This document shows positions 49,770 to 59,622 of a stretch of DNA of 64,000 nt, piece by piece. The notes beneath the pieces are model-generated. The model was not told where the DNA came from. It saw only the letters and a program-made list of their open reading frames with translations, and did not search any database. Origin of the DNA: an uncultured Ignavibacteriales bacterium (GTDB lineage Bacteria > Zixibacteria > MSB-5A5 > GN15 > FEB-12); assembly GCA_964544635.1 (NCBI GenBank), contig CAZJCK010000007.1:434-64433 (forward strand), written 5' to 3'. Position 1 is the first letter of the stretch, and every line of letters begins with the position of its first letter. The translations under genes and the position numbers were made by a program.

Positions 49770-50441
49770 TTAGAAAATGTAGCCGACGGTCAGCATCACG
49801 TTGCTGTGACGGACGTCGTAGTTCCCTTCGTTAACCATGGAGCGCATGCCCATGCTGTAACGGAAATCGACGAGGATACTGTTGGAGAAGGAATGAAAGT
49901 CGATCCCGAGCACCATTCCATAATCGATACTTTCTGTTTCATCTTCGCCTTCATGCATACTGGCAATGGCCAGATCGGTATCGTTGGTGGCCAGCGACGG
50001 ATCGGCGTTGTCGGCCCATATCGCCGAGTTGAGCTTGAATGACAGGACCGGCCCGATATAGATGTTCGGCTTGATGTCGGCGATGACGTGTGAACGCAGC
50101 TTCAGCAGGACCGGGATTTCAGCAAAGTTGTAGCGCACATTGAGCTGGTTCTCTTCGCCCGGAACCTTGAAGCCCTTGGTGGTCAGGACGAACTCCGGCT
50201 GGAGAATGAAGTTGCGGTTGAGGGCATAGCCCAGGCCGACACCGGCGGTGCCGCCGAACGAGGCCGACGGATCGATACCGATTACCTGGCGATCTTTGCC
50301 CACCACGCTCGATGACGAGATTCCGGCCTTGGCAAAGTAATACTGCAGGCCCTTGTCGGTGTGTACGTCGGCATTGCTGTTCGGGGCGGCCCAAATCAGC
50401 ACCGCCAGTGCCACCAGACTGATCTTAACTACCGTTTGCAT
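49770..50441 (-). CDS. Outer-membrane beta-barrel protein (OMP_b-brl_2/PorT-like family)
   Basis: ATG at 50441 after gggagcagga RBS. Signal peptide MQTVVKISLVALAVLIWAAPNSNA, alternating beta-strand pattern, C-terminal aromatic residue (..MLTVGYIF). Confidence 0.8.
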   Translation of the reverse strand: MQTVVKISLVALAVLIWAAPNSNADVHTDKGLQYYFAKAGISSSSVVGKDRQVIGIDPSASFGGTAGVGLGYALNRNFILQPEFVLTTKGFKVPGEENQLNVRYNFAEIPVLLKLRSHVIADIKPNIYIGPVLSFKLNSAIWADNADPSLATNDTDLAIASMHEGEDETESIDYGMVLGIDFHSFSNSILVDFRYSMGMRSMVNEGNYDVRHSNVMLTVGYIF

Positions 50442-50855
50442 AATTCCTGCTCCCTCGCGGGCTGATCCCGCCCGCAGTTGTGTTATGGACATTGTTCCGT
50501 TGTATACGCGCACAAGAGGGGGCGTATGGTTCTTCCCCTCTTGCCAGTAGTATCGGCCAAACCGATGGTCAGGCTTAGCGCGAAGGATCGATGATTGGAG
50601 TCTGGACGCCCCCGGATTGCTCTCTCGGGCGGCCCAGTGCAAAGTTTGCACAGTACTCCTCAGAGGAAACACGCCGGCCCGGGAAAACCCGAGCCGGCTG
50701 CATGAAATGAGAGAACAGGACGGCCGCAGCCGTTGCCTCTCAGTGCTCAATATCGGCATTCGACCGCCAAAATACAATCGATACCGAAAATCTGTCGATT
50801 CCTCGAGCCACTCCCCTCGACAATGCGAAAAAATGGACAAAAGACGAGAATTTCC

Positions 50856-50884
50856 TTGACACCCTGCGACGATGCTACTATGCT
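50856..50884 (+). promoter_or_regulatory. Sigma70-type promoter with a leader of about 465 nt before the 51358 gene
   Basis: TTGACA (50856-50861), 17 nt spacer, TATGCT (50879-50884). Confidence 0.45.
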
Positions 50885-51357
50885 TGCGATCGTAAAGCAT
50901 AGGGTGATCTCGTTCGCAGTAAAATGTGGGCATCCCAACGGTCGTGCACAGCCTCCATGAATCATACTACATCCGCTACACTCCGTTCGTTGTCCGCACC
51001 TTTATTACCGTTGTAGTACGTTAAGCACTACGCCGGCCCGACTCTGCGATCGAGAGTCATTCATCAACGAGTTCATTAATAGAAGCAACGCCGCTCCGGC
51101 TGACGGGCTGATGCGCCTTCAGTTCGAGTGGTGATTTGATCCACGCTCGGCGATTTGCGTCGCTCGGGCACAACGCGGAGGTCTGTTTGCATCTCGCCAT
51201 GGGAAGGGGGTGATATTCTGATCAACTGAGAATGCCTTGTTGCTTTACGCCTGGGGGTGCATGGCAACAAGTCATGCATCTCCGTAGAATCAACCGGTGG
51301 CATGATATTGCATCATACCACCACCGTTTCTCATCTGCATGAAATGAGAGGACGAAA

Positions 51358-53229
51358 ATGCGAATTGCTAAATTGGTCGTCGTATCACTGGTCGCAGTGG
51401 CCCTGATCACGGCGCTCTCGCCGACATCGGCCAACGCCTGGGTGGAAGGCCTGCGGGTGTCGACCCCCGACACCTGCTGGTATCCCGGCAACTTCATCGA
51501 CCTGCCGGTGCTGCTCGAATGGACCGAGTGGTCGAAGTTCGAACGCTGCGAAAAAGAGTACTGGGTGCCGCCGATGTTCGATCCTGCCCCCAACACACCC
51601 TTTTCCCAACAGTGCATCGATTCAACCGGAGCCGATGAAGAGATCTGCGCCTTCCAGATGGAATTACGGTACGACCCCGACGTCATCCAGGCGGTCACCG
51701 TTACCAACGGTGAAGGTACGCTGGTCGACCAGTGGAACTGGCCGGCGCTTTATTTCGAGATCGACAACGATCGCGGTATCCTGCGCATCGCCGGTGCCAG
51801 CGCCGACTGCGAGGATATCACCGACCTGGAAGATCCGTCGGTACTGCTCACGATCGGTTTCTACATGATCGGTCGTCCCGGAGAGGATGGCGACCTCGAG
51901 GTGACTTCATTCGTGTACAACGAAGTCGATCCCATCTTCATTTACTACTACAACGACGACTACGGTTCCATGAATGAGTACACCGGCGCCAAGTCGATCG
52001 GCGATCTGATGGTGTGTGAGCACGAGTATGTCAGTGGCCGGATCTGGTATGCCAACAACGAGCTGCCGGTCTGCGGCGTCGACGTTACCCTGACGTATCA
52101 TCCCGATCCCGATGTGCTCGTACCGCCGATCATTCCTGATGTGACGGTTCAAAACCATTGCGAGAACCTCTGCGAGGATGACTGCCGCGGGTCGTATTTT
52201 ATCGGCGATATTACCGACGGGTATGACTACTCCATATGGGGATGGAAGGATGACGAGTATGACGACGCAATCACGGCGTTCGATGCATCGCTCGTCCTGC
52301 GCTATATCGTCGGACAGATCGACCTGCGTTTCCACCAGATGGTGGCAGCCGATGTGTCCGGCAACTGCGAGGTGAATGCCTACGATGCCTCGCTCATCCT
52401 GAAGCATATCGTCGGCGACCTGGAAGACCAGCCGTACTTCCCGAAGAAAGCGGACGAGGAAACGAACTGGCTGTTCTATCCGGTTGAATCCGGTGAAGTA
52501 CTGTGTATCGAAGAAGCTTACTGGCATATGCCGCTGAAAAGCTCATATCGCTCGCAGGACTTCGTCGCCGTCGTTCTCGGTGATGTTTCCGGCAACTGGA
52601 ACCTCAATCGCGTCACACCCGGCTCCAAGACGGGGGCATCGGCCTTCCGCATGGAATCGGTCAACGCTTCGCAGCTGGTGCTGCGCGCCGATTCTGATGA
52701 GGTATACGGCGTCCAGTTCGAGATGACCGTGCCCGAGGGCCGCCATGATCGCATCACCGTGTTGCCCGGCGCCGACGGCTGGACTGTCGTGCAAAAGCAG
52801 CAGGGGAATACGATCTCGGTGGCCGCCGCCGGCGCTGAACCGATTACCGACGGTGCGCTGGCACGCTTCGAACTGAGCGGATCAGTGGAGAACCTGGAGA
52901 TCGACGAACTGGTGATCAACGAAACGGTGGTGGCGGGCCATGTCAGCGCCACCTCGATTCTGCCGTCGCAGTTCAGCCTGCTCCAGAACTACCCGAACCC
53001 GTTCAACCCGAGCACCACGATCAGCTTCACCGTGCCGGTGAAGACCAGTTTCACGCTGGGTATCTACAATGTTACCGGGCAGCTGGTATCGGAGTATTCG
53101 GGGGTGGCCGTTCCGGGAGAAGTGAAGGAAATCGAATGGGAAGCGGATGATTTCGCGACCGGCATTTATTTCTATCGTCTTGATGCCGGACCGTTCTCCG
53201 ATTCCCGCAAGATGATACTCTTGAAGTAG
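51358..53229 (+). CDS. T9SS-CTD surface protein with cohesin-like and dockerin-like segments (623 aa)
   Basis: Signal peptide MRIAKLVVVSLVAVALITALSPTSANA. FQMELRYDPDVIQAV is cohesin-like. ITAFDASLVLRYIVGQ / DVSGNCEVNAYDASLILKHIVGD is dockerin-like. CTD LLQNYPNPFNPSTTISF..GIYFYRL..KMILLK. Confidence 0.8.
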   Translation: MRIAKLVVVSLVAVALITALSPTSANAWVEGLRVSTPDTCWYPGNFIDLPVLLEWTEWSKFERCEKEYWVPPMFDPAPNTPFSQQCIDSTGADEEICAFQMELRYDPDVIQAVTVTNGEGTLVDQWNWPALYFEIDNDRGILRIAGASADCEDITDLEDPSVLLTIGFYMIGRPGEDGDLEVTSFVYNEVDPIFIYYYNDDYGSMNEYTGAKSIGDLMVCEHEYVSGRIWYANNELPVCGVDVTLTYHPDPDVLVPPIIPDVTVQNHCENLCEDDCRGSYFIGDITDGYDYSIWGWKDDEYDDAITAFDASLVLRYIVGQIDLRFHQMVAADVSGNCEVNAYDASLILKHIVGDLEDQPYFPKKADEETNWLFYPVESGEVLCIEEAYWHMPLKSSYRSQDFVAVVLGDVSGNWNLNRVTPGSKTGASAFRMESVNASQLVLRADSDEVYGVQFEMTVPEGRHDRITVLPGADGWTVVQKQQGNTISVAAAGAEPITDGALARFELSGSVENLEIDELVINETVVAGHVSATSILPSQFSLLQNYPNPFNPSTTISFTVPVKTSFTLGIYNVTGQLVSEYSGVAVPGEVKEIEWEADDFATGIYFYRLDAGPFSDSRKMILLK

Positions 53230-53292
53230 TCGGACGATCAACGGTTGGGGCGGCTTTCCGGCCGCCCCGGCCACTCAACGGGAGTAAAGCAC

Positions 53293-54045
53293 ATGTCAAA
53301 GGCAGTTATTCTCGCGGTTCTGCTGCTGCTCGCCGGATTTTCGTCGGCCGCCGCTCTGGAATTCGATATCGATTTCGATCACAACAACGCCGATACGGTC
53401 GTGTACCTGTTTTCAGTCAGGGACCTGCATACGTACGAGGCGATTTATTCACTTGAAATTGACTTCAGTTTCAATGAACTGGAACTTGAGTTCCACAGCT
53501 TCGACTTTTCGGTAGGGCCGCTAAGCGCCTGGGGCGGCATGGTATGGTCGTGCGACAATTCAGTTGGAGACTGCAGGATGGCCGGGGCCGGTATTGCAGC
53601 TCTGTCGGAATCCGGCATCCTGGTTCGCGCCGTCTTTCTGAAAGTTGCCGGTACGGACGAAGAGATTGACGGCCGGGTCGCTTATACGGAGTTGCGGGCC
53701 AACGAAGATTATCTACCGATTCCCGATTATGTACTTTCAGTCAGCGAAATCGAGGCGCCACTGCCGCGGGACTTCACGCTGCGCCAGAACTACCCCAACC
53801 CGTTCAATCCTCATACCACCATCGAGTTTTCGATTGCGCGGCGCAGCGACGTTGCACTGAGCATTTACAATGTACTTGGTCGCGAGGTGTACCGGGAGGA
53901 CCATTACCAGCTGGCCGCCGGCAGCTATCGCTTTGAATGGGACGCTACCGACCAGGCCGGTCGCCCGGTGGCCAGCGGAGTGTACTTCTACCGGCTGCAG
54001 GCCGGTGAACAGGCGCAGACCCGTACAATGGTTCTGCTCAAGTAA
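53293..54045 (+). CDS. Small T9SS-CTD surface protein with a cohesin-like N-domain (250 aa)
   Basis: ATG at 53293 after gggag. Signal peptide MSKAVILAVLLLLAGFSSAAA. CTD LRQNYPNPFNPHTTIEF..GVYFYRL..TMVLLK. Confidence 0.75.
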   Translation: MSKAVILAVLLLLAGFSSAAALEFDIDFDHNNADTVVYLFSVRDLHTYEAIYSLEIDFSFNELELEFHSFDFSVGPLSAWGGMVWSCDNSVGDCRMAGAGIAALSESGILVRAVFLKVAGTDEEIDGRVAYTELRANEDYLPIPDYVLSVSEIEAPLPRDFTLRQNYPNPFNPHTTIEFSIARRSDVALSIYNVLGREVYREDHYQLAAGSYRFEWDATDQAGRPVASGVYFYRLQAGEQAQTRTMVLLK

Positions 54046-54060
54046 GAGCTTGGTCCCGCC

Positions 54061-55902
54061 TTACTGCCAGCGCAGGGCAAGGCCGGTGCGGAAGGTTATG
54101 CCCGGCATCGGGTAGCCGGCTACCGTCTCATACTCGGCGTCGAACAGGTTGTCGATGTGCAAGTTGAGGATCAGGTGTTCGTTTAAAAAATAGCGGTGGC
54201 CGAGGTTTATTGTCAGGTAATCATCCAGCACCACTGGTGTGCCGAGCGAGTCGGAGCGGGTGCTGAACGCCGCCACCGCCTGGAACTCGACCGCCAGCGG
54301 ACGCTGGTCGTACTCGCCGGCGATGACCAGTTTGTCCTCGGGGACCGACAGGTTGTAGTCGTCCTGGTTGAGGTGCATGAACGACGGCCGCACCACCCAG
54401 GGTCCATCGACAAAGCGCAGCGTTGCCTCCCAGCCCGAGTGGGAGTATGAACCGACATTCTGAAACCGCACCGGCGGCGCCTGGCCCGGCGCCGATGCCG
54501 TGGCGATCAGGTTGTCACCCTCGCGCCAGAATACCGTCCCCTCGATCGACAACCGGTCGTTCAGGCGATTGAAGTAGCCAACCTCGTAGAAGGTACCTTC
54601 TTCCGGCTCCAACTGACCCGGGCTGGAGATTCGAAACAACTGGGCTTCGTTGATCGTCGGATTACGATATGCCGTGGCAACCGAGGCCTTGAACGAACCG
54701 TACCGGGCCCAGCGCGCGACCGCGCCGACCTGGTAGACGAAATGCCCGCCGTACTGGTCATGGTCGACATAACGGCCGCCGGCAATCAGCGTGTAGCGGT
54801 CGCGCAGTGTTGTCTCCAGCTGGAGGTGCGCCGCCAACTCGTTGTTGGCTTTGTCGCCGCCAAGGATAAAAGCGGTACCATCCTGGGCCGAGCCTGACAG
54901 ACGGTTGGCCGACAGGCCACCGCTGATACTGAAGCGATCAGCTCCCTGCGCAAGGCGATACCGTCCGAACAAGTCAATGCCAAGATTACGGTCGATCGAC
55001 GAAAAGCCGTCGGAAAAGGCATGCTCACCGTAGCTGACATACGTCCGCAGGCTGGCCGCAACGCGGTCACGGTCGAGATCGGCGCCGAGGGTCGTGCCCA
55101 GACGTTCGATATCGCCGCTACTCAAAGATGGTGCAAAGGTCGGCCCCGGGTCGGCGAAGTTAAATGACGAGTACTTGCCCGACAGGAACATGCTCCAGTC
55201 GGTTCCCCGTGTCAGCTGTGCCCGAAACCCGCCGCTGCGGTTGGCGTAGTCGCTCGAGGCGCGTTCGTTGTCCGATTCGATATACTCGTACCATCCCGCG
55301 ACAACAGCGTCGCCGATCTTCCGGGAGTGCTGCACTACTGCGTTGTGGGTATGGAAACTCCCGGTCGTCAATTCGATGTTACTGTAGTGATCAAGATCGG
55401 GACGGTAGAACGATTCGATGTTGAGCACGCCGGCGATTGCATTCGAGCCGTAAAGCATCGACGATCCCCCTTTGACCAGGTCGATCGAACGGGTACCGGC
55501 GCGACGGTAGGTGTCGGGCAGAGGATGGCCGAACAGGCCGGCGATATCCGGGCGGCCGTCGATCAGCACCAGGGTGCCTCGGTTGGGGGAGAAGCCAAGG
55601 CCGCGAATGAGCAGCTTGCCGTGACCGGCCGTACCCAGACCGAAGCCGGCGGCGCGAGCCGAACTGATCGAGACCGCGGCATGACCGGCCGCCAGTTTGG
55701 AGATTACATTGGGTTGTTGCGACTCCCGGACCTCTTCGGGGGTTACCGAAAACCCGGAATTCACGATACGCGACAGGCGGCCCCCTTCACGCTGACCGAC
55801 CACAATGATCGGGTCCAGTTCGATCGCGGTGGTATCCGTCTCCGGGGCCGTCTCGGGGACGGTCATGAGGGTCAGGCAGAAGAGCAGGGAAAGGCCGGTC
55901 AT
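54061..55902 (-). CDS. TonB-dependent outer-membrane receptor
   Basis: Plug domain (..IRGLGFSPNRGTLVLIDGRP..) and a long beta-barrel with a C-terminal ..FRTGLALRWQ strand. Substrate unknown. Confidence 0.88.
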   Translation of the reverse strand: MTGLSLLFCLTLMTVPETAPETDTTAIELDPIIVVGQREGGRLSRIVNSGFSVTPEEVRESQQPNVISKLAAGHAAVSISSARAAGFGLGTAGHGKLLIRGLGFSPNRGTLVLIDGRPDIAGLFGHPLPDTYRRAGTRSIDLVKGGSSMLYGSNAIAGVLNIESFYRPDLDHYSNIELTTGSFHTHNAVVQHSRKIGDAVVAGWYEYIESDNERASSDYANRSGGFRAQLTRGTDWSMFLSGKYSSFNFADPGPTFAPSLSSGDIERLGTTLGADLDRDRVAASLRTYVSYGEHAFSDGFSSIDRNLGIDLFGRYRLAQGADRFSISGGLSANRLSGSAQDGTAFILGGDKANNELAAHLQLETTLRDRYTLIAGGRYVDHDQYGGHFVYQVGAVARWARYGSFKASVATAYRNPTINEAQLFRISSPGQLEPEEGTFYEVGYFNRLNDRLSIEGTVFWREGDNLIATASAPGQAPPVRFQNVGSYSHSGWEATLRFVDGPWVVRPSFMHLNQDDYNLSVPEDKLVIAGEYDQRPLAVEFQAVAAFSTRSDSLGTPVVLDDYLTINLGHRYFLNEHLILNLHIDNLFDAEYETVAGYPMPGITFRTGLALRWQ

Positions 55903-55990
55903 CGGTTACCTCGTATTGACGGAACATTTGCTGTTTACGTGTTCCAAGCATCGCCGAAAAGCAGGGGGCTGTCAAGTTCGATTGCCCCCA

Positions 55991-56026
55991 CAAAAAAGTG
56001 GGCCCCGATATGGTGGTCGGGGCCCG
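55991..56026 (-). terminator. Rho-independent terminator between the lipoprotein gene and the TonB receptor gene
   Basis: Minus strand: gggccccg-accaccata-cggggccc followed by acttttttg. Confidence 0.7.
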
Positions 56027-56098
56027 TCGAAGATGCGATGCGATGAGGTAAATTGCTTCTCCTTGAATTCCAGCGCCGCGAAGTCTGGTTCGTACTCC

Positions 56099-57256
56099 TT
56101 AGTTGTCCGAAAACGGCGACGGCAGCACGCCGGTCGGGAAATCTTCGTACAGGAACAAGGTTGAATCATGCACGAACTGATCCCACGATTCGAACGGTGA
56201 CGGACTGGCGTCGTAATCACCGGTGAACACCTGGTCATGAATGTGGAAGGAGTCGACGACGCTGGTGTCGGCCGGAACAAATGAGCGGTACTTGACCGCG
56301 AATTCGGTATCCTTGGCGCCGTAAGCGGCGATCGTCGCCATGCCGATGTTGTCACCCCAGTTATCAGAGAACCAGGCCATACGGTAGTCAAACATTCCGG
56401 TATTCTCAGCGTCAATCTTATATACCCAGCCGTTGGTCTCGTCGGGTTCGATGTCGTACGCCGCACCCGCAAATACCAGCGATGAATCGGACGGAGTGTG
56501 CTCGACGAACGTATAGAAGCCGCCGGTGCCTTCGATGCTTTCGTAGTCGTAGAAGAACAGCCGTTCGAGGTCGGCCTCTTTCTTGAAACCGATTTGCATG
56601 AACGGCGCCGTCGGTTCAATCGAACTCAGATCCAGTTCCAGCATGTAGTCCAGATCAACGGAAGCGCCGAACAAGTGCTGCATCTCCAGGGGAATGGCGG
56701 TCGGGCCGGTCAGCTCGGTCATGGTGGCGAAGTCGCCGAGACGAACACCCAGTTCCGGCACCGTGTCGTCGACCTTCAGCCGGAAATTGTACTGGTCGTC
56801 CATCTCCAGCATGCGGCCGAGCATATATACTGTCTCTTTGAATGACGCGATACTGTGGTGCAGCGAGAAGGGATCTTCACTGCCGAAGATCTTGCCCAGA
56901 AGCGACCATTCACCGTACCACCAGAGACTGTCAATGACGGTAGTATCGGTAGTCGGGATCTTGACGGCGTCGCCACCAGTGTATTCCGGGGGCGCGATGC
57001 GATCAAACAGCGAATCGTAGGCCGCGAATTCCGCGTCGTGATACACCGCAGCAGTGGTCGTATCGCTGGTGGTATCGCCGCCGCCGGCAGTGTCGCCGAG
57101 CGTGGTGTCACCGGTGGTATCGGTTGTCGTATCGGTGAGCGTGTCACCGGCGCCCAGGTCGTTGGGGTTGGTGGATTTTTCGTCGTCGGAGCAGCTGACG
57201 GCGACGAAGACCATGGCCACGACGGCCAGCAGCAACAAGAAACGAGCTACCTGCAT
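56099..57256 (-). CDS. Lipoprotein with a Thr/Asp-rich linker, function unknown
   Basis: MQVARFLLLLAVVAMVFVAVSC(22)SDDEKSTNPND lipobox, then a TDTTTDTTGDTT low-complexity linker and a globular domain of about 300 aa. Confidence 0.65.
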   Translation of the reverse strand: MQVARFLLLLAVVAMVFVAVSCSDDEKSTNPNDLGAGDTLTDTTTDTTGDTTLGDTAGGGDTTSDTTTAAVYHDAEFAAYDSLFDRIAPPEYTGGDAVKIPTTDTTVIDSLWWYGEWSLLGKIFGSEDPFSLHHSIASFKETVYMLGRMLEMDDQYNFRLKVDDTVPELGVRLGDFATMTELTGPTAIPLEMQHLFGASVDLDYMLELDLSSIEPTAPFMQIGFKKEADLERLFFYDYESIEGTGGFYTFVEHTPSDSSLVFAGAAYDIEPDETNGWVYKIDAENTGMFDYRMAWFSDNWGDNIGMATIAAYGAKDTEFAVKYRSFVPADTSVVDSFHIHDQVFTGDYDASPSPFESWDQFVHDSTLFLYEDFPTGVLPSPFSDN

Positions 57257-57568
57257 GATGCCTCCCCTTTAAGCATGTGTACGTGGTTTCGCCCTCTTAC
57301 TTGTTCTGTAACGTCGACACATCAGTCCGCGAAATTTACTGTCACGGCAGATTTTTTTTGGCCCCCGGTCATGCCGGCAAACGACTTCAGGAATCTCAGC
57401 ATTTTGGTGTCACCGCGGCAGTTGCGGCTGCATAGGCTGCGGCCGGTGGACCCGCAATGGATCCGGCATAAAGCGACTCAGGCTGTTTTGCTGCCAATTG
57501 TTCACACTGCGCACAGTCAGGGCGGCAGCAGCCAGCATACCATCATGGCAAATGTCGCAAGTAAAGCC

Positions 57569-57597
57569 TTGACAGGCCGTCGCCCGTTGCCCATATT
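57569..57597 (+). promoter_or_regulatory. Sigma70-type promoter of the DUF134 operon
   Basis: TTGACA (57569-57574), 17 nt spacer, CATATT (57592-57597). Confidence 0.45.
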
Positions 57598-57601
57598 GTT
57601 T

Positions 57602-57615
57602 TGTGCATATGCACA
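57602..57615. promoter_or_regulatory. Perfect 14-bp palindrome (candidate operator)
   Basis: tgtgcatatgcaca sits immediately downstream of the -10 element and 17 nt before the ATG at 57632. Confidence 0.4.
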
Positions 57616-57631
57616 TAATAAGGAAACGAGA

Positions 57632-57922
57632 ATGCCGCGACCACGCAAACATCGACGCTGCCGCCGCTACCGAGCCGATCGCGTCTATAAGCCGCAGGGA
57701 ATCCCGATGCGCGACCTGGCGACCGCTGAACTGACGCTTGACCAATTCGAGGCGATGCGCCTGTGCGACCTGGAGGGGTTGGATCAACTGGCAGCCGGTA
57801 AGCAGTTAGGGGTGTCGCGGGGAACCGTCCAGCGTCTCTTGTGGGAGGGGCGCCGACGGTTGATCGGCGGTATACTCAACAATTACGCCATAACCGTTAC
57901 CCTCAAGCAAGGAGAGGACTAA
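57632..57922 (+). CDS. DUF134 (UPF0251) putative DNA-binding protein
   Basis: MPRPRKHRRC...YKPQGIPMRDL....LTLDQFEAMRLCDLEGLDQ..AGKQLGVSRGTVQRLL matches the DUF134 pattern. Only the last 96 codons of track ORF 56855..57922 are taken as real. Confidence 0.8.
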   Translation: MPRPRKHRRCRRYRADRVYKPQGIPMRDLATAELTLDQFEAMRLCDLEGLDQLAAGKQLGVSRGTVQRLLWEGRRRLIGGILNNYAITVTLKQGED

Positions 57923-57923
57923 C

Positions 57924-58433
57924 ATGCTGGCATGCATACCTACCAATGGGAAAAGCGGGCGCGACGACACTATTTGTGAACACTTCGGTTCCGCCCCGTA
58001 CTTTACCATCTACGACTCCGCTACCCGCGAGGTGCTGGTGGTCGAGAATCGCAACAGTCATCATTCACACGGTTCCTGTCATCCGATGAACCAGCTCGCC
58101 GAGTATCATATCGATGCCGTCGTCTGCGCCGGCATGGGGCGGCGGGCTATTGAAGCGCTCAATACCGAGGGTGTGAGGATCGTCGACGCCGGCACGACCT
58201 CGGTGGCGGAGGCCATGGACAAGATCAATGCAGACGAGTTGATCGATGTCGACCCGGCGCGCGCCTGCCGCGGTCGCGGGCAGAAGGCCGGTTTCGGGCA
58301 TGGTCCGGCGCACCCTGACCTTCAGGACGGTCGTGGCCGTGGGACCGGACGCGGCCCCGGTATCACTCGCGGCACGGGCCGAGGCACGGGCAGGGGACAG
58401 GGCCGTGGCCGACAGCGCGGCCGGGTACGCTAA
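57924..58433 (+). CDS. NifB/NifX-type (dinitrogenase FeMo-cofactor-binding fold) protein with an RG-repeat C-terminal tail
   Basis: ICEHFGSAPYFTIYD....IDAVVCAGMGRRAIEALNTEGVRIV core. Tail GRGRGTGRGPGITRGTGRGTGRGQGRGRQRGR. Starts 1 nt after the DUF134 stop. Confidence 0.8.
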   Translation: MLACIPTNGKSGRDDTICEHFGSAPYFTIYDSATREVLVVENRNSHHSHGSCHPMNQLAEYHIDAVVCAGMGRRAIEALNTEGVRIVDAGTTSVAEAMDKINADELIDVDPARACRGRGQKAGFGHGPAHPDLQDGRGRGTGRGPGITRGTGRGTGRGQGRGRQRGRVR

Positions 58434-59242
58434 AGGTTGCGCGGGCTGACCGATGATGTGTAGGTTCGGAACTGGTAAGGATCGTTCTCTTTTTCCGGAT
58501 CCGGATTGCGAGTACGGGCGGTCAGTTCAATCGAAATCTCCCGCACGTTATGTATCAGCAACGGTTCGTCAACCCACTTGCCGTCCGGCATGCGGAACTG
58601 AAACTGGAGGTCGATAATGCTCTCGGCGTAGGTAACCGGCGGTTGTCCGTAATACTGCGACTTGAGGGACGGGTTGTCCGGGTTGGTGGTGTTGTCGATA
58701 TAGAAACGGCACTGCGTGAGCCCAAGCACCAGTGAACCCATGCCGTAAGTTCTTCCGAGTGCACCGGCAGGGAAGATGACGGTGTTACTGGAGTCGACGC
58801 TGGCAATTTGAAACCATTCCCCTTGGCCCGAGTCCGGTTCTACAATGTATGCCCACTGATTGTCATAGAAGCAGTTGACCGCCTTGCCACATTCGATTTT
58901 GGCCATATTGCCGGCCATGGCAGACGACAGGTAACTATCGCAGCCGCTGGTGAGAAACGTTACGACTATGGTGTCGGGATCGGAGTTGAAGGCTTCGACA
59001 CAGGTAATCGTATTGGGGACCTGAAAGCCGGCCATACGGATGTGCTTGCTCAACTGATCGAGGGACGCTCGCGCCGACTGCTGCATCGACGCAATTTCGT
59101 CCTGGGTAATGTAGTTCTTGTGTTGCGTGATATAGGTTCTCATGACGGCCGTTGTTACCACGCCCATGATCGCCAGGGCTATGATGACTTCCAGAAGCGA
59201 CGCGCCGCGACGGTTGCGTATCGGAGAAACGGGGGAGGGCAT
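58430..59242 (-). CDS. Prepilin-type N-terminal methylation-domain protein (PilW-like minor pilin/pseudopilin)
   Basis: RRGASLLEVIIALAIMGVVTTAVMRTY N-terminal class-III signal-like helix, then MQQSARASLDQLSKHIRMAGF as in PilW. Confidence 0.7.
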   Translation of the reverse strand: MPSPVSPIRNRRGASLLEVIIALAIMGVVTTAVMRTYITQHKNYITQDEIASMQQSARASLDQLSKHIRMAGFQVPNTITCVEAFNSDPDTIVVTFLTSGCDSYLSSAMAGNMAKIECGKAVNCFYDNQWAYIVEPDSGQGEWFQIASVDSSNTVIFPAGALGRTYGMGSLVLGLTQCRFYIDNTTNPDNPSLKSQYYGQPPVTYAESIIDLQFQFRMPDGKWVDEPLLIHNVREISIELTARTRNPDPEKENDPYQFRTYTSSVSPRNL

Positions 59243-59520
59243 TGTCAGGCTCCTTCAGGCAGGCTGTTTATGGTCTGACCGCTGAGTGATCTTCTCGAGA
59301 AGTCATCGTTGTACGGCGCTGGGGAACTGATCGGGGACGATGGTCGTCTCAGTGGGGGGCACCGGCAGACGCCGACCCTGTGCTCGGCAAATCCCTACAT
59401 CATTCACCCTGCTTCTAATATCGGCTGTCGCTCAAAATGACTTAATAATGCGGGACGGCTGCTTTGTGCCTGACGGGGTGGCTGTGCATTGTGAGAAGTG
59501 GATGGCGGGCAGAAGATAAA

Positions 59521-59594
<74 letters not shown>

Positions 59595-59622
59595 ATTTCT
59601 ATCTTGTTATACAGGCACCGAG

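Noticed and set aside
50442-50933. 164-codon N-terminal extension of the OMP ORF (track 49770..50933)
   Set aside because: The extension has no signal peptide. The internal ATG at 50441 has a good RBS and is followed directly by a canonical signal peptide.
55903-56098. Possible cobalamin or other riboswitch upstream of the TonB-dependent receptor
   Set aside because: The minus-strand sequence shows only the terminator of the upstream gene, a weak promoter-like TTGACA-N17-GATGCT and one small hairpin. No B12-box-like element is present, and only about 90 nt is available.
56855-57631. N-terminal 259 codons of track ORF 56855..57922
   Set aside because: This part is antisense to the lipoprotein gene 56099-57256 and crosses the promoter and palindrome. 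Only the segment from ATG 57632 matches DUF134.
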